Shown in pieces: positions 26,001-40,600 of a stretch of 64,000 bases of DNA. Position numbers and translations under genes: made by a program. The notes beneath the pieces are model-generated. The model had not been told where the DNA came from, did no database searches, and was given only the letters and a program-made list of their open reading frames with translations. The stretch is from Eledone cirrhosa (Eukaryota): NCBI GenBank assembly GCA_964016885.1, contig OZ024744.1:30876001-30940000 (forward strand), written 5' to 3'. Position 1 is the first letter of the stretch, and each line of letters begins with the position of its first letter.

Positions 26001-29000
26001 GCCAAACACAGAGGAACCAACCTCCCACTGTCTCTGCCACTGTCTCTCCCACTCTCCCTATCTCTCATATACACCAGGTCTAAACACAAAGGAACCAACC
26101 TCCCACTTTCACTGTCTCCATCTCTCCCACTCACTCCCTATCTCTCATATACACCAGGTCTAAACACAGAGGAACCAACCTCCCACTGTCACTGCCTCCA
26201 TCTCTCCCACTCTCACCCTATCTCTCATATACACCAGGTCCAATCACAGAGGAACCAACCTCCCACTGTCACTGCCTCCATCTCTCCCACTCTCTCCCTA
26301 TCTCTCATATACACCAGGTCCAAACACAGAGGAACCAACCTCCCACTGTCACTGCCTACGTCTCTCCCACTCTCACCCTATCTCTCATATACACCAGGTC
26401 TAAACACAGAGGAACCAACCTCCCACTGTCACTGACACCGTCTCTCCCACTCTCTCCCTATCTCTCATATACACCAGGTCTAAACACAGAGGAACCAACC
26501 TCCCACTGTCACTGACACCGTCTCTCCCACTCTCTCCCTATCTCTCATATACACCAGGTCCAAACACAGAGGAACCAACATCCCACTGTCACTGCCTCCG
26601 TCTCTCCCACTCTCCCTATCTCTCATATACACCAGGTCCAAACACAGAGGAACCAACATCCCACTGTCACTGCCTCCGTCTCTCTCAATCTCCCTAACTC
26701 TCATATACACCAGGTCCAAACACAGAGGAACCAACCTCCCACTGTCACTGCCTCCGTCTCTCTCACTCTCTCCCTATCTCTCATATACAACAGGTCCAAA
26801 CACAGAGGAACCAACCTCACACTGTCACTGCCTCCGTCTCTCTCACTCTCCCTATCTCTCATATATACCAGGTCTAAACACAGAGGAACCAACCTCCCAC
26901 TGTCACTGCCTCCGCCTCTCCCACTCACTCCCTATCTCTCATATACACCAGGTCTAAACACAGAGGAACCAACCTCCCAATGTCACTGCCTCCGTCTCTC
27001 TCTCACACTCCCTATCTCTCATATACACCAGGTCCAAACACAGAGGAACCAACCTCCCACTGTCACTGAATCCGTCTCTCCCACTCTCTCACAATCTCTC
27101 ATATACACCAGGTCGAAACACAGAGGAACCAACCTCCCGCTGTCACTGCCTCCATCTCTCTCACTCTCTCCCTATCTCTCATATAAACCAGGTCCAAACA
27201 CAGAGGAACCAACCTCCCACTGTCACTGCCTCTGTCTCTCCCACTCTCTCCCTATCTCTCATATACACCAGGTCCAAACACAGAGGAACCAACCTCCCAC
27301 TGTCACTGCCTCCGTCTCTCACTCTCTCCCTATCTCTCATATACACCAGGTCCAAACACAGAGGAACCAACCTCCCACTGTCACTGCTTCCATCTCTCCC
27401 ACTCTCCCTATCTCTCATATACACCAGGTTCAAACACAGAGGAACCAACCTCCCACTGTCACTGCCTCCGTCTCTCCCACTCTCTCCCTATCTCTCATAT
27501 ACACCAGGTCTAAACACAGAGGATCCATCCTCCCACTGTCACTGCCTACGTCTCTCTCACTCTCCCTACCTCTCATATACACCAGGTCTAAACACAGAGG
27601 AACCAACCTCCCACTGTCACTGCCTCCGTCTCTCCCACTCTCTCCCTATCTCTCATATACACCAGGTCCAAACACAGAGGAACCAACCTCCCACTGTCTC
27701 TGCCTACGTCTCTCCCACTCTCCCTATCTCTCATATAAACCAGGTCCAAACAAAGAGGAACCAACCTCACACTGTCACTGCCTCCGTCTCTCTCACTCTC
27801 CCTATCTCTCATATACACCAGGTCTAAACACAGAGGAACCAACCTCCCACTGTCACTGCCTCCGCCTCTCCCACTCACTCCCTATCTCTCATATACACCA
27901 GGTCTAAACACAGAGGAACCAACCTCCCAATGTCCCTGCCTCCGTCTCTCTCTCACACTCCCTATCTCTCATATACACAAGGTCCAAACACAGAGGAACC
28001 AACCTCCCACTGTCACTGAATCCGTCTCTCCCACTCTCTCACAATCTCTCATATACACCAGGTCGAAACACAGAGGAACCAACCTCCCGCTGTCACTGCC
28101 TCCATCTCTCTCACTCTCTCCCTATCTCTCATATAAACCAGGTCCAAACACAGAGGAACCAACCTCCCACTGTCACTGCCTCTGTCTCTCCCACTCTCTC
28201 CCTATCTCTCATATACACCAGGTCCAAACACAGAGGAACCAACCTCCCACTGTCACTGCCTCCGTCTCTCACTCTCTCCCTATCTCTCATATACACCAGG
28301 TCCAAACACAGAGGAACCAACCTCCCACTGTCACTGCTTCCATCTCTCCCACTCTCCCTATCTCTCATATACACCAGGTTCAAACACAGAGGAACCAACC
28401 TCCCACTGTCACTGCCTCCGTCTCTCCCACTCTCTCCCTATCTCTCATATACACCAGGTCTAAACACAGAGGATCCAACCTCCCACTGTCACTGCCTACG
28501 TCTCTCTCACTCTCCCTACCTCTCATATACACCAGGTCTAAACACAGAGGAACCAACCTCCCACTGTCACTGCCTCCGTCTCTCCCACTCTCTCCCTATC
28601 TCTCATATACACCAGGTCCAAACACAGAGGAACCAACCTCCCACTGTCTCTGCCTACGTCTCTCCCACTCTCCCTATCTCTCATATAAACCAGGTCCAAA
28701 CACAGAGGAACCAACCTCACACTGTCACTGCCTACGTCTCTCCCACTCTCTCCCTATCTCTCATATACACCAGGTCCTAACACAGAGGAACCAACCTCCC
28801 ACTGTCACTGCCTCCATCTCTCCCACTCTCCCTATCTCTCATATACACCAGGTCGAAACACAGAGGAACCAACCTCCCACTGTCACTGCCTCCATCTCTC
28901 CCACTCTCTCTCTATCTCTCATATACACCAGGTCCAAACACAGAGGAACCAACCTCCCACTGTCACTGCCTCCGTCTCTCCCGCTCTCTCCCTATCTCTT

Positions 29001-29750
29001 ATATACACCAGGTCTAAACACAGAGGTACCAACCTCCCACTGTCACTGACCACATCTCTCCCACTCTCTCCCTATCTCTCATATACACCAGGTCCAAACT
29101 CAGAGGAACCAACCTCCCACTGTCACTGCCTCCGTCTCTCTCACTCTCTCCCTATCTCTCATATACAACAGGTCCAAACACAGAGGAACCAACCTCCCAT
29201 TGTCACTGCCTCCATCTCTCTCCCACTCTCCCTATCTCTCATATACACCAGGTCCAAACACAGAGGAACCAACCTCCCACTGTCACTGCCTCCGTCTCTC
29301 CCACTCTCTCCCTATCTCTCATATACAACAGGTCCAAACACAGAGGAACCAACCTCCCACTGTCACTGCCTCCATCTCTTCCACTCTCTCCCTATCTCTC
29401 ATATACACCAGGTCCAAACACAGAGGAACCAACCTCCCACTGTCACTGCCTCCGTCTCTCTCCCACTCTCTCCCTATCTCTCATATAAATCAGGTCCAAA
29501 CACAGAGGAACCAACCTCCCACTGTCACTGCCTCCGTCTCTCCCACTCTCTCCCTATCTCTCATATACACCAAGTCTAAACACAGAGGAACCAACCTCCC
29601 ACTGTCACTGCCTCCATCTCTCCCACTCTCTCCCTATCTCTCATATACACCAGGTCCAAACACAGAGGAACCAACCTCCCACTGTCACTGCCTCCGTCTC
29701 TCTCCCACTCTCTCCCTATCTCTCATATAAATCCGGTCCAAACACAGAGG
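14100..29750 (+). repeat. About 5.4-5.6-kb (~70-monomer) super-repeat containing the 950-bp HOR block and a 722-bp (9-monomer) duplication, about 2.7 copies
   Basis: Matching ORFs at 16044/21611/27179 (offsets 5567, 5568), 14928/20340/25907 (5412, 5567) and 19015/24582. Internal 722-bp offsets at 19015/19737 and 24582/25304. The third copy carries only two 950-bp units (27179, 28129). Confidence 0.9.
15660..18540 (+). repeat. 950-bp (12-monomer) higher-order repeat, 3 tandem copies
   Basis: The variant GGATCC occurs at 16386, 17336 and 18286, and CCCAATGTCA-bearing monomers start at 15821, 16771 and 17721. Identical ORFs occur at 16044/16994/17944. Confidence 0.95.
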
Positions 29751-32700
29751 AACCAACCTGCCACGGTCACTGCCTCCGTCTCTCCCACTCTCTCCCTATC
29801 TCTCATATACACCAGGTCCAAACACAGAGGAACCAACCTCCCACTGTCACTGACCACATCTCTCCCACTCTCTCCCTCTCTCTCATATACACCAGGTCCA
29901 AACACAGAGGAACCAACCTCCCACTGTCACTGCCTCTGTCTCTCCCACTCTCTCCCTATCTCTCATATACACCAGGTCTAAAGACAGAGGAACCAACCTC
30001 CCACTGTCACTGCCTCCGCCTCTCCCACTCTCTCCCTATCTCTCATATAAACCAGGTCCAAACACAGAGGAACCAACCTCCCACTGTCACTGCCTCTCTC
30101 TCTCTCACTCTCTCCCTATCTCTCATATACACCAGGTCCAAACACAGAGGAACCAACCTCCCACTGTCACTGCCTCTGTCTCTCCCACTCTCTCAGAATC
30201 TCTCATATACAACAGGTCTAAACACAGAGGAACCAACCTCCCACTGTCACTGCCTCCGTCTCTCTCACTCTCTCCCTATCTCTCATATACACCAGGTCCA
30301 AACACAGAGGAACCAACCTCCCACTGTAACTGCTTCCATCTCTCCCACTCTCCCTATCTCTCATATACACCAGGTTCAAACACAGAGGAACCAACCTCCC
30401 ACTGTCACTGCCTCCGTCTCTCCCACTCTCTCCCTATCTCTCATATACACCAGGTCTAAACACAGAGGATCCAACCTCCCACTGTCACTGCCTACGTCTC
30501 TCTCACTCTCCCTACCTCTCATATACACCAGGTCTAAACACAGAGGAACCAACCTCCCACTGTCACTGCCTCCGTCTCTCCCACTCTCTCCCTATCTCTC
30601 ATATACACCAGGTCCAAACACAGAGGAACCAACCTCCCACTGTCTCTGCCTACGTCTCTCCCACTCTCCCTATCTCTCATATAAACCAGGTCCAAACACA
30701 GAGGAACCAACCTCACACTGTCACTGCCTACGTCTCTCCCACTCTCTCCCTATCTCTCATATACACCAGGTCCTAACACAGAGGAACCAACCTCCCACTG
30801 TCACTGCCTCCATCTCTCCCACTCTCCCTATCTCTCATATACACCAGGTCGAAACACAGAGGAACCAACCTCCCACTGTCACTGCCTCCATCTCTCCCAC
30901 TCTCTCCCTATCTCTCATATACACCAGGTCCAAACACAGAGGAACCAACCTCCCACTGTCACTGCCTCCGTCTCTCCCGCTCTCTCCCTATCTCTTATAT
31001 ACACCAGGTCTAAACACCGAGGTACCAACCTCCCACTGTCACTGACCACATCTCTCCCACTCTCTCCCTATCTCTCATATACACCAGGTCCAAACTCAGA
31101 GGAACCAACCTCCCACTGTCACTGCCTCCGTCTCTCTCACTCTCTCCCTATCTCTCATATACAACAGGTCCAAACACAGAGGAACCAACCTCCCATTGTC
31201 ACTGCCTCCATCTCTCTCCCACTCTCCCTATCTCTCATATACACCAGGTCCAAACACAGAGGAACCAACCTCCCACTGTCACTGCCTCCGTCTCTCCCAC
31301 TCTCTCCCTATCTCTCATATACAACAGGTTCAAACACAGAGGAACCAACCTCCCACTGTCACTGCCTCCATCTCTTCCACTCTCTCCCTATCTCTCATAT
31401 ACACCAGGTCCAAACACAGAGGAACCAACCTCCCACTGTCACTGCCTCCGTCTCTCTCCCACTCTCTCCCTATCTCTCATATAAATCAGGTCCAAACACA
31501 GAGGAACCAACCTCCCACTGTCACTGCCTCCGTCTCTCCCACTCTCTCCCTATCTCTCATATACACCAAGTCTAAACACAGAGGAACCAACCTCCCACTG
31601 TCACTGCCTCCATCTCTCCCACTCTCTCCCTATCTCTCATATACACCAGGTCCAAACACAGAGGAACCAACCTCCCACTGTCACTGCCTCCGTCTCTCTC
31701 CCACTCTCTCCCTATCTCTCATATAAATCCGGTCTAAACACAGAGGAACCAACCTGCCACTGTCACTGCCTCCGTCTCTCCCACTCTCTCCCTATCTCTC
31801 ATATACACCAGGTCCAAACACAGAGGAACCAACCTCCCACTGTCACTGACCACATCTCTCCCACTCTCTCCCTCTCTCTCATATACACCAGGTCCAAACA
31901 CAGAGGAACCAACCTCCCACTGTCACTGCCTCTGTCTCTCCCACTCTCTCCCTATCTCTCATATACACCAGGTCTAAAGACAGAGGAACCAACCTCCCAC
32001 TGTCACTGCCTCCGCCTCTCCCACTCTCTCCCTATCTCTCATATAAACCAGGTCCAAACACAGAGGAACCAACCTCCCACTGTCACTGCCTCTCTCTCTC
32101 TCACTCTCTCCCTATCTCTCATATACACCAGGTCCAAACACAGAGGAACCAACCTCCCACTGTCACTGCCTCTGTCTCTCCCACTCTCTCACAATCTCTC
32201 ATATACAACAGGTCTAAACACAGAGGAACCAACCTCCCACTGTCACTGCCTCCGTCTCTCTCACTCTCTCCCTATCTCTCATATACACCAGGTCCTAACA
32301 CAGAGGAACCAACCTCCAACTGTCACTGCCTCCGTCTCTCCCACTCTCTCCCTATCTCTCATATACACCAGGTCCAAACACAGAGGAACCAACCTCCCAC
32401 TGTCACTGACCACATCTCTCCCACTCTCTCCCTATCTCTCATATACACCAGGTCCAAACACAGAGGAATCAACCTCACACTGTCACTGCTTCCATCTCTC
32501 CCACTCTCCCTATCTCTCATATACACCAGGTCCAAACACAGAGGAATCAACCTCCCACTCTCCCTATCTCTCATATACACCAGGTCTAAACACAGAGGAA
32601 CCAAACTCCCACTGTCACTGCCTCCGTCTCTCCCACTCTCTCCCTATCTCTCATATACACCAGGTCTAAACACAGAGGAACCAACCTCCCACTGTCACTG

Positions 32701-35700
32701 CCTACGTCTCTCTCACTCTCTCCCTATCTCTCATATACACCAGGTCCAAACACAGAGGAACCAACCTCCCACTGTAACTGCTTCCATCTCTCCCACTCTC
32801 CCTATCTCTCATATACACCAGGTTCAAACACAGAGGAACCAACCTCCCACTGTCACTGCCTCCGTCTCTCCCACTCTCTCCCTATCTCTCATATACACCA
32901 GGTCTAAACACAGAGGATCCAACCTCCCACTGTCACTGCCTACGTCTCTCTCACTCTCCCTACCTCTCATATACACCAGGTCTAAACACAGAGGAACCAA
33001 CCTCCCACTGTCACTGCCTCCGTCTCTCCCTCTCTCTCCCTATCTCTCATATACACCAGGTCCAAACACAGAGGAACCAACCTCCCACTGTCTCTGCCTA
33101 CGTCTCTCCCACTCTCCCTATCTCTCATATAAACCAGGTCCAAACACAGAGGAACCAACCTCACACTGTCACTGCCTACGTCTCTCCCACTCTCTCCCTA
33201 TCTCTCATATACACCAGGTCCTAACACAGAGGAACCAACCTCCCACTGTCACTGCCTCCATCTCTCCCACTCTCCCTATCTCTCATATACACCAGGTCGA
33301 AACACAGAGGAACCAACCTCCCACTGTCACTGCCTCCATCTCTCCCACTCTCTCCCTATCTCTCATATACACCAGGTCCAAACACAGAGGAACCAACCTC
33401 CCACTGTCACTGCCTCCGTCTCTCCCGCTCTCTCCCTATCTCTTATATACACCAGGTCTAAACACCGAGGTACCAACCTCCCACTGTCACTGACCACATC
33501 TCTCCCACTCTCTCCCTATCTCTCATATACACCAGGTCCAAACTCAGAGGAACCAACCTCCCACTGTCACTGCCTCCGTCTCTCTCACTCTCTCCCTATC
33601 TCTCATATACAACAGGTCCAAACACAGAGGAACCAACCTCCCATTGTCACTGCCTCCATCTCTCTCCCACTCTCCCTATCTCTCATATACACCAGGTCCA
33701 AACACAGAGGAACCAACCTCCCACTGTCACTGCCTCCGTCTCTCCCACTCTCTCCCTATCTCTCATATACAACAGGTTCAAACACAGAGGAACCAACCTC
33801 CCACTGTCACTGCCTCCATCTCTTCCACTCTCTCCCTATCTCTCATATACACCAGGTCCAAACACAGAGGAACCAACCTCCCACTGTCACTGCCTCCGTC
33901 TCTCTCCCACTCTCTCCCTATCTCTCATATAAATCAGGTCCAAACACAGAGGAACCAACCTCCCACTGTCACTGCCTCCGTCTCTCCCACTCTCTCCCTA
34001 TCTCTCATATACACCAAGTCTAAACACAGAGGAACCAACCTCCCACTGTCACTGCCTCCATCTCTCCCACTCTCTCCCTATCTCTCATATACACCAGGTC
34101 CAAACACAGAGGAACCAACCTCCCACTGTCACTGCCTCCGTCTCTCTCCCACTCTCTCCCTATCTCTCATATAAATCCGGTCTAAACACAGAGGAACCAA
34201 CCTGCCACTGTCACTGCCTCCGTCTCTCCCACTCTCTCCCTATCTCTCATATACACCAGGTCCAAACACAGAGGAACCAACCTCCCACTGTCACTGACCA
34301 CATCTCTCCCACTCTCTCCCTCTCTCTCATATACACCAGGTCCAAACACAGAGGAACCAACCTCCCACTGTCACTGCCTCTGTCTCTCCCACTCTCTCCC
34401 TATCTCTCATATACACCAGGTCTAAAGACAGAGGAACCAACCTCCCACTGTCACTGCCTCCGCCTCTCCCACTCTCTCCCTATCTCTCATATAAACCAGG
34501 TCCAAACACAGAGGAACCAACCTCCCACTGTCACTGCCTCTCTCTCTCTCACTCTCTCCCTATCTCTCATATACACCAGGTCCAAACACAGAGGAACCAA
34601 CCTCCCACTGTCACTGCCTCTGTCTCTCCCACTCTCTCACAATCTCTCATATACAACAGGTCTAAACACAGAGGAACCAACCTCCCACTGTCACTGCCTC
34701 CGTCTCTCTCACTCTCTCCCTATCTCTCATATACACCAGGTCCTAACACAGAGGAACCAACCTCCAACTGTCACTGCCTCCGTCTCTCCCACTCTCTCCC
34801 TATCTCTCATATACACCAGGTCCAAACACAGAGGAACCAACCTCCCACTGTCACTGACCACATCTCTCCCACTCTCTCCCTATCTCTCATATACACCAGG
34901 TCCAAACACAGAGGAATCAACCTCACACTGTCACTGCTTCCATCTCTCCCACTCTCCCTATCTCTCATATACACCAGGTCCAAACACAGAGGAATCAACC
35001 TCCCACTCTCCCTATCTCTCATATACACCAGGTCTAAACACAGAGGAACCAAACTCCCACTGTCACTGCCTCCGTCTCTCCCACTCTCTCCCTATCTCTC
35101 ATATACACCAGGTCTAAACACAGAGGAACCAACCTCCCACTGTCACTGCCTACGTCTCTCTCACTCTCTCCCTATCTCTCATATACACCAGGTCCAAACA
35201 CAGAGGAACCAACCTCCCACTGTAACTGCTTCCATCTCTCCCACTCTCCCTATCTCTCATATACACCAGGTTCAAACACAGAGGAACCAACCTCCCACTG
35301 TCACTGCCTCCGTCTCTCCCACTCTCTCCCTATCTCTCATATACACCAGGTCTAAACACAGAGGATCCAACCTCCCACTGTCACTGCCTACGTCTCTCTC
35401 ACTCTCCCTACCTCTCATATACACCAGGTCTAAACACAGAGGAACCAACCTCCCACTGTCACTGCCTCCGTCTCTCCCTCTCTCTCCCTATCTCTCATAT
35501 ACACCAGGTCCAAACACAGAGGAACCAACCTCCCACTGTCTCTGCCTACGTCTCTCCCACTCTCCCTATCTCTCATATAAACCAGGTCCAAACACAGAGG
35601 AACCAACCTCACACTGTCACTGCCTACGTCTCTCCCACTCTCTCCCTATCTCTCATATACACCAGGTCCTAACACAGAGGAACCAACCTCCCACTGTCAC

Positions 35701-37650
35701 TGCCTCCATCTCTCCCACTCTCCCTATCTCTCATATACACCAGGTCGAAACACAGAGGAACCAACCTCCCACTGTCACTGCCTCCATCTCTCCCACTCTC
35801 TCCCTATCTCTCATATACACCAGGTCCAAACACAGAGGAACCAACCTCCCACTGTCACTGCCTCCGTCTCTCCCGCTCTCTCCCTATCTCTTATATACAC
35901 CAGGTCTAAACACCGAGGTACCAACCTCCCACTGTCACTGACCACATCTCTCCCACTCTCTCCCTATCTCTCATATACACCAGGTCCAAACTCAGAGGAA
36001 CCAACCTCCCACTGTCACTGCCTCCGTCTCTCTCACTCTCTCCCTATCTCTCATATACAACAGGTCCAAACACAGAGGAACCAACCTCCCATTGTCACTG
36101 CCTCCATCTCTCTCCCACTCTCCCTATCTCTCATATACACCAGGTCCAAACACAGAGGAACCAACCTCCCACTGTCACTGCCTCCGTCTCTCCCACTCTC
36201 TCCCTATCTCTCATATACAACAGGTTCAAACACAGAGGAACCAACCTCCCACTGTCACTGCCTCCATCTCTTCCACTCTCTCCCTATCTCTCATATACAC
36301 CAGGTCCAAACACAGAGGAACCAACCTCCCACTGTCACTGCCTCCGTCTCTCTCCCACTCTCTCCCTATCTCTCATATAAATCAGGTCCAAACACAGAGG
36401 AACCAACCTCCCACTGTCACTGCCTCCGTCTCTCCCACTCTCTCCCTATCTCTCATATACACCAAGTCTAAACACAGAGGAACCAACCTCCCACTGTCAC
36501 TGCCTCCATCTCTCCCACTCTCTCCCTATCTCTCATATACACCAGGTCCAAACACAGAGGAACCAACCTCCCACTGTCACTGCCTCCGTCTCTCTCCCAC
36601 TCTCTCCCTATCTCTCATATAAATCCGGTCTAAACACAGAGGAACCAACCTGCCACTGTCACTGCCTCCGTCTCTCCCACTCTCTCCCTATCTCTCATAT
36701 ACACCAGGTCCAAACACAGAGGAACCAACCTCCCACTGTCACTGACCACATCTCTCCCACTCTCTCCCTCTCTCTCATATACACCAGGTCCAAACACAGA
36801 GGAACCAACCTCCCACTGTCACTGCCTCTGTCTCTCCCACTCTCTCCCTATCTCTCATATACACCAGGTCTAAAGACAGAGGAACCAACCTCCCACTGTC
36901 ACTGCCTCCGCCTCTCCCACTCTCTCCCTATCTCTCATATAAACCAGGTCCAAACACAGAGGAACCAACCTCCCACTGTCACTGCCTCTCTCTCTCTCAC
37001 TCTCTCCCTATCTCTCATATACACCAGGTCCAAACACAGAGGAACCAACCTCCCACTGTCACTGCCTCTGTCTCTCCCACTCTCTCACAATCTCTCATAT
37101 ACAACAGGTCTAAACACAGAGGAACCAACCTTCCACTGTCACTGCCTCCGTCTCTCTCACTCTCTCCCTATCTCTCATATACACCAGGTCCTAACACAGA
37201 GGAACCAACCTCCAACTGTCACTGCCTCCGTCTCTCCCACTCTCTCCCTATCTCTCATATACACCAGGTCCAAACACAGAGGAACCAACCTCCCACTGTC
37301 ACTGACCACATCTCTCCCACTCTCTCCCTATCTCTCATATACACCAGGTCCAAACACAGAGGAATCAACCTCACACTGTCACTGCTTCCATCTCTCCCAC
37401 TCTCCCTATCTCTCATATACACCAGGTCCAAACACAGAGGAATCAACCTCCCACTCTCCCTATCTCTCATATACACCAGGTCTAAACACAGAGGAACCAA
37501 ACTCCCACTGTCACTGCCTCCGTCTCTCCCACTCTCTCCCTATCTCTCATATACACCAGGTCTAAACACAGAGGAACCAACCTCCCACTGTCACTGCCTA
37601 CGTCTCTCTCACTCTCTCCCTATCTCTCATATACACCAGGTCCAAACACA
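29750..37650 (+). repeat. 2448-bp (31-monomer) higher-order repeat, about 3 copies, preceded by a 1996-bp offset copy
   Basis: Matching ORFs at 30534/32982/35430, 31196/33644/36092 and 32359/34807/37255 (offset 2448), and at 28538/30534 and 29200/31196 (offset 1996). The unit is marked by a 54-bp truncated monomer. Confidence 0.92.
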
Positions 37651-40600
37651 GAGGAACCAACCTCCCACTGTCACTGTCTGCATCTCTCTCTCACTCTCTC
37701 CCTATCTCTCATATACACCAGGTCCAAACACAGAGGAACCAACCTCCCACTGTCACTGCCTCCGTCTCTCCCACTCTCTCCCTATCTCTCATATACACCA
37801 GGTCTAAACACAGAGGATCCAACCTCCCACTGTCACTGCCTACGTCTCTCTCACTCTCTCCCTATCTCTCATATACACCAGGTCCTAACACAGAGGAACC
37901 AACCTCCCACTGTCACTGCCTCCATCTCTCCCACTCTCTCCCTATCTCTCATATACACCAGGTCCAAACACAGAGGAACCAACCTCCCACTGTCACTGCC
38001 TACGTCTCTCCCACTCTCTCCCTATCTCTCATATACACCAGGTCCTAACAGAGGAACCAACCTCTCACTGTCACTGCCTCCATCTCTCCCACTCTCCCTA
38101 TCTCTCATATACACCAGGTCTAAACACAGAGGAACCAACCTCCCACTGTCACTGCCTCCATCTCTCCCACTCTCTCCCTATCTCTCATATACACCAGGGC
38201 CAAACACAGAGGCACCAACCTCCCACTGTCACTGCCTCCGTCTCTCCCGCTCTCTCCCTATCTCTTATATACACCAGGTCTAAACACAGAGGAACCAACC
38301 TCCCACTGTCACTGACCACATCTCTCCCACTCTCTCCCTATCTCTCATATACACCAGGTCCAAACACAGAGGAACCAACCTCCCACTGTCACTGCCTCCG
38401 TCTCTCCCACTCTCCCTATCTCTCATATACACCAGGTCCAAACACAGAGGAACCAACCTCCCACTGTCACTGACCACATCTCTCCCACTCTCTCCCTATC
38501 TCTCATATACACCAGGTCCAAACACAGAGGAACCAACCTCCCACTGTCACTGCCTCCGTCTCTCTCACTCTCTCACTATCTCTCATATACACCAGGTCCA
38601 AACACAGAGGAATCAACCTCCCACTGTCACAGCCTCCGTCTCTCCCACTCTCTCCCTATCCTCATATACACCAGGTCCAAACACAGAGGAACCAACCTCC
38701 CACTGTCACTGCCTCCATTTCTCCCATTCTCTCACTATCTCTCATATACACCAGGTCCAAAGACAGAGGAACCAACCTCCCACTGTCACTGCCTCCATCT
38801 CTCCCACTCTCTCCCTATCTCTCATATACACCAGGTCCAAACACAGAGGAACCAACCTCCCACTGTCACTGCCTCCGTCTCTCCCGCTCTCTCCCTATCT
38901 CTTATATACACCAGGTCTAAACACAGAGGTACCAACCTCCCACTGTCACTGACCACATCTCTCCCACTCTCTCCCTATCTCTCATATACACCAGGTCGAA
39001 ACACAGAGGAACCAACCTCCCACTGTCACTGCCTCCGTCTCTCCCACTCTCTCCCCATCTCTCATATACACCAGGTCCAAACACAGAGGAACCAACCTCC
39101 CATTGTCACTGCCTCCGTCTCTCTCCCACTCTCCCTATCTCTCATATACACCAGGTCCAAACACAGAGGAACCAACCTCCCACTGTCACTGCCTCCGTCT
39201 CTCCCACTCTCTCCCTATCTCTCATATACAACAGGTCCAAACACAGAGGAACCAACCTCCCACTGTCACTGCCTCCATCTCTCCCACTCTCTCCCTATCT
39301 CTCATATACACCAGGTCCAAACACAGAGGAACCAACCTCCCACTGTCACTGCCTCCGTCTCTCTCCCACTCTCTCCCTATCTCTCATATAAATCAGGTCC
39401 AAACACAGAGGAACCAACCTCCCACTGTCACTGCATCCGTCTCTCCCACACTCTCCCTATCTCTAATATACACCGGGTCTAAACACAGAGGAACCAACCT
39501 CCCACTGTCACTGCCTCCATCTCTCCCACTCTCTCCCTATCTCTCATATACACCAGGTCCAAACACAGAGGAACCAACCTCCCACTGTCACTGCCTCCGT
39601 CTCTCTCACTCTCTCCCTATCTCTCATATACACCAGGTCCAAACACAGAGGAACCAACCTCCCACTGTCACTGCCTCCGTCTCTCTCACTCTCTCCCTAT
39701 CTCTCATATACACCAGGTCCAAACACAGAGGAACCAACCTCCCACTGTCACTGCCTCCGTCTCTCCCACTCTCTCCCTATCTCTCATATACACCAGGTCC
39801 AAACACAGAGGAACCAACCTCCCACTGTCACTGCCTCCATTTCTCCCACTCTCTCACTATCTCTCATATTCACCAGGTCCAAACACAGAGGAACCAACCT
39901 CCCACTGTCACTGCCTCCGTCTCTCACTCTCTCCCTATCTCTCATATACACCAGGTCCAAACACAGAGGAACCAACCTCCCACTGTCACTGCCTCCGTCT
40001 CTCTCACTCTCCCTATCTCTCATATACACCAGGTCCAAACACAGAGGAACCAACCTCCCACTGTCACTGCCTCCGTCTCTCTCACTCTCCCTATCTCTCA
40101 TATACACCAGGTCCAAACACAGAGGAACCAATCTCCCACTGTCACTGCCTCTGTCTCTCTCACTCTCTCCCTATCTCTCCCACTCTCTCCCTCTCTCTCA
40201 TATACACCAGGTCCAAACACAGAGGAACCAACCTCCCACTGTCACTGCCACCATCTCTCCCACTCTCTCCCTATCTCTCATATACACCAGGTCCAAACAC
40301 AGAGGAAACAACCTCCCACTGTCACTGCCTCCATCTCACTCACTCTCTCCCTATCTCTCATATAAACCAGGTCCAAACAAAGAGGAACCAACCTCCCAAT
40401 GTCACTGCCTCCGTCTCTCTCTCACACTCCCTATCTCTCATATACACCAGGTCCAAACACAGAGGAACCAACCTCCCACTGTCACTGAATCCGTCTCTCC
40501 CACTCTCTCAAAATCTCTCATATACACCAGGTCGAAACACAGAGGAACCAACCTCCCACTGTCACTGCCTCCATCTCTCTCACTCTCTCCCTATCTCTCA

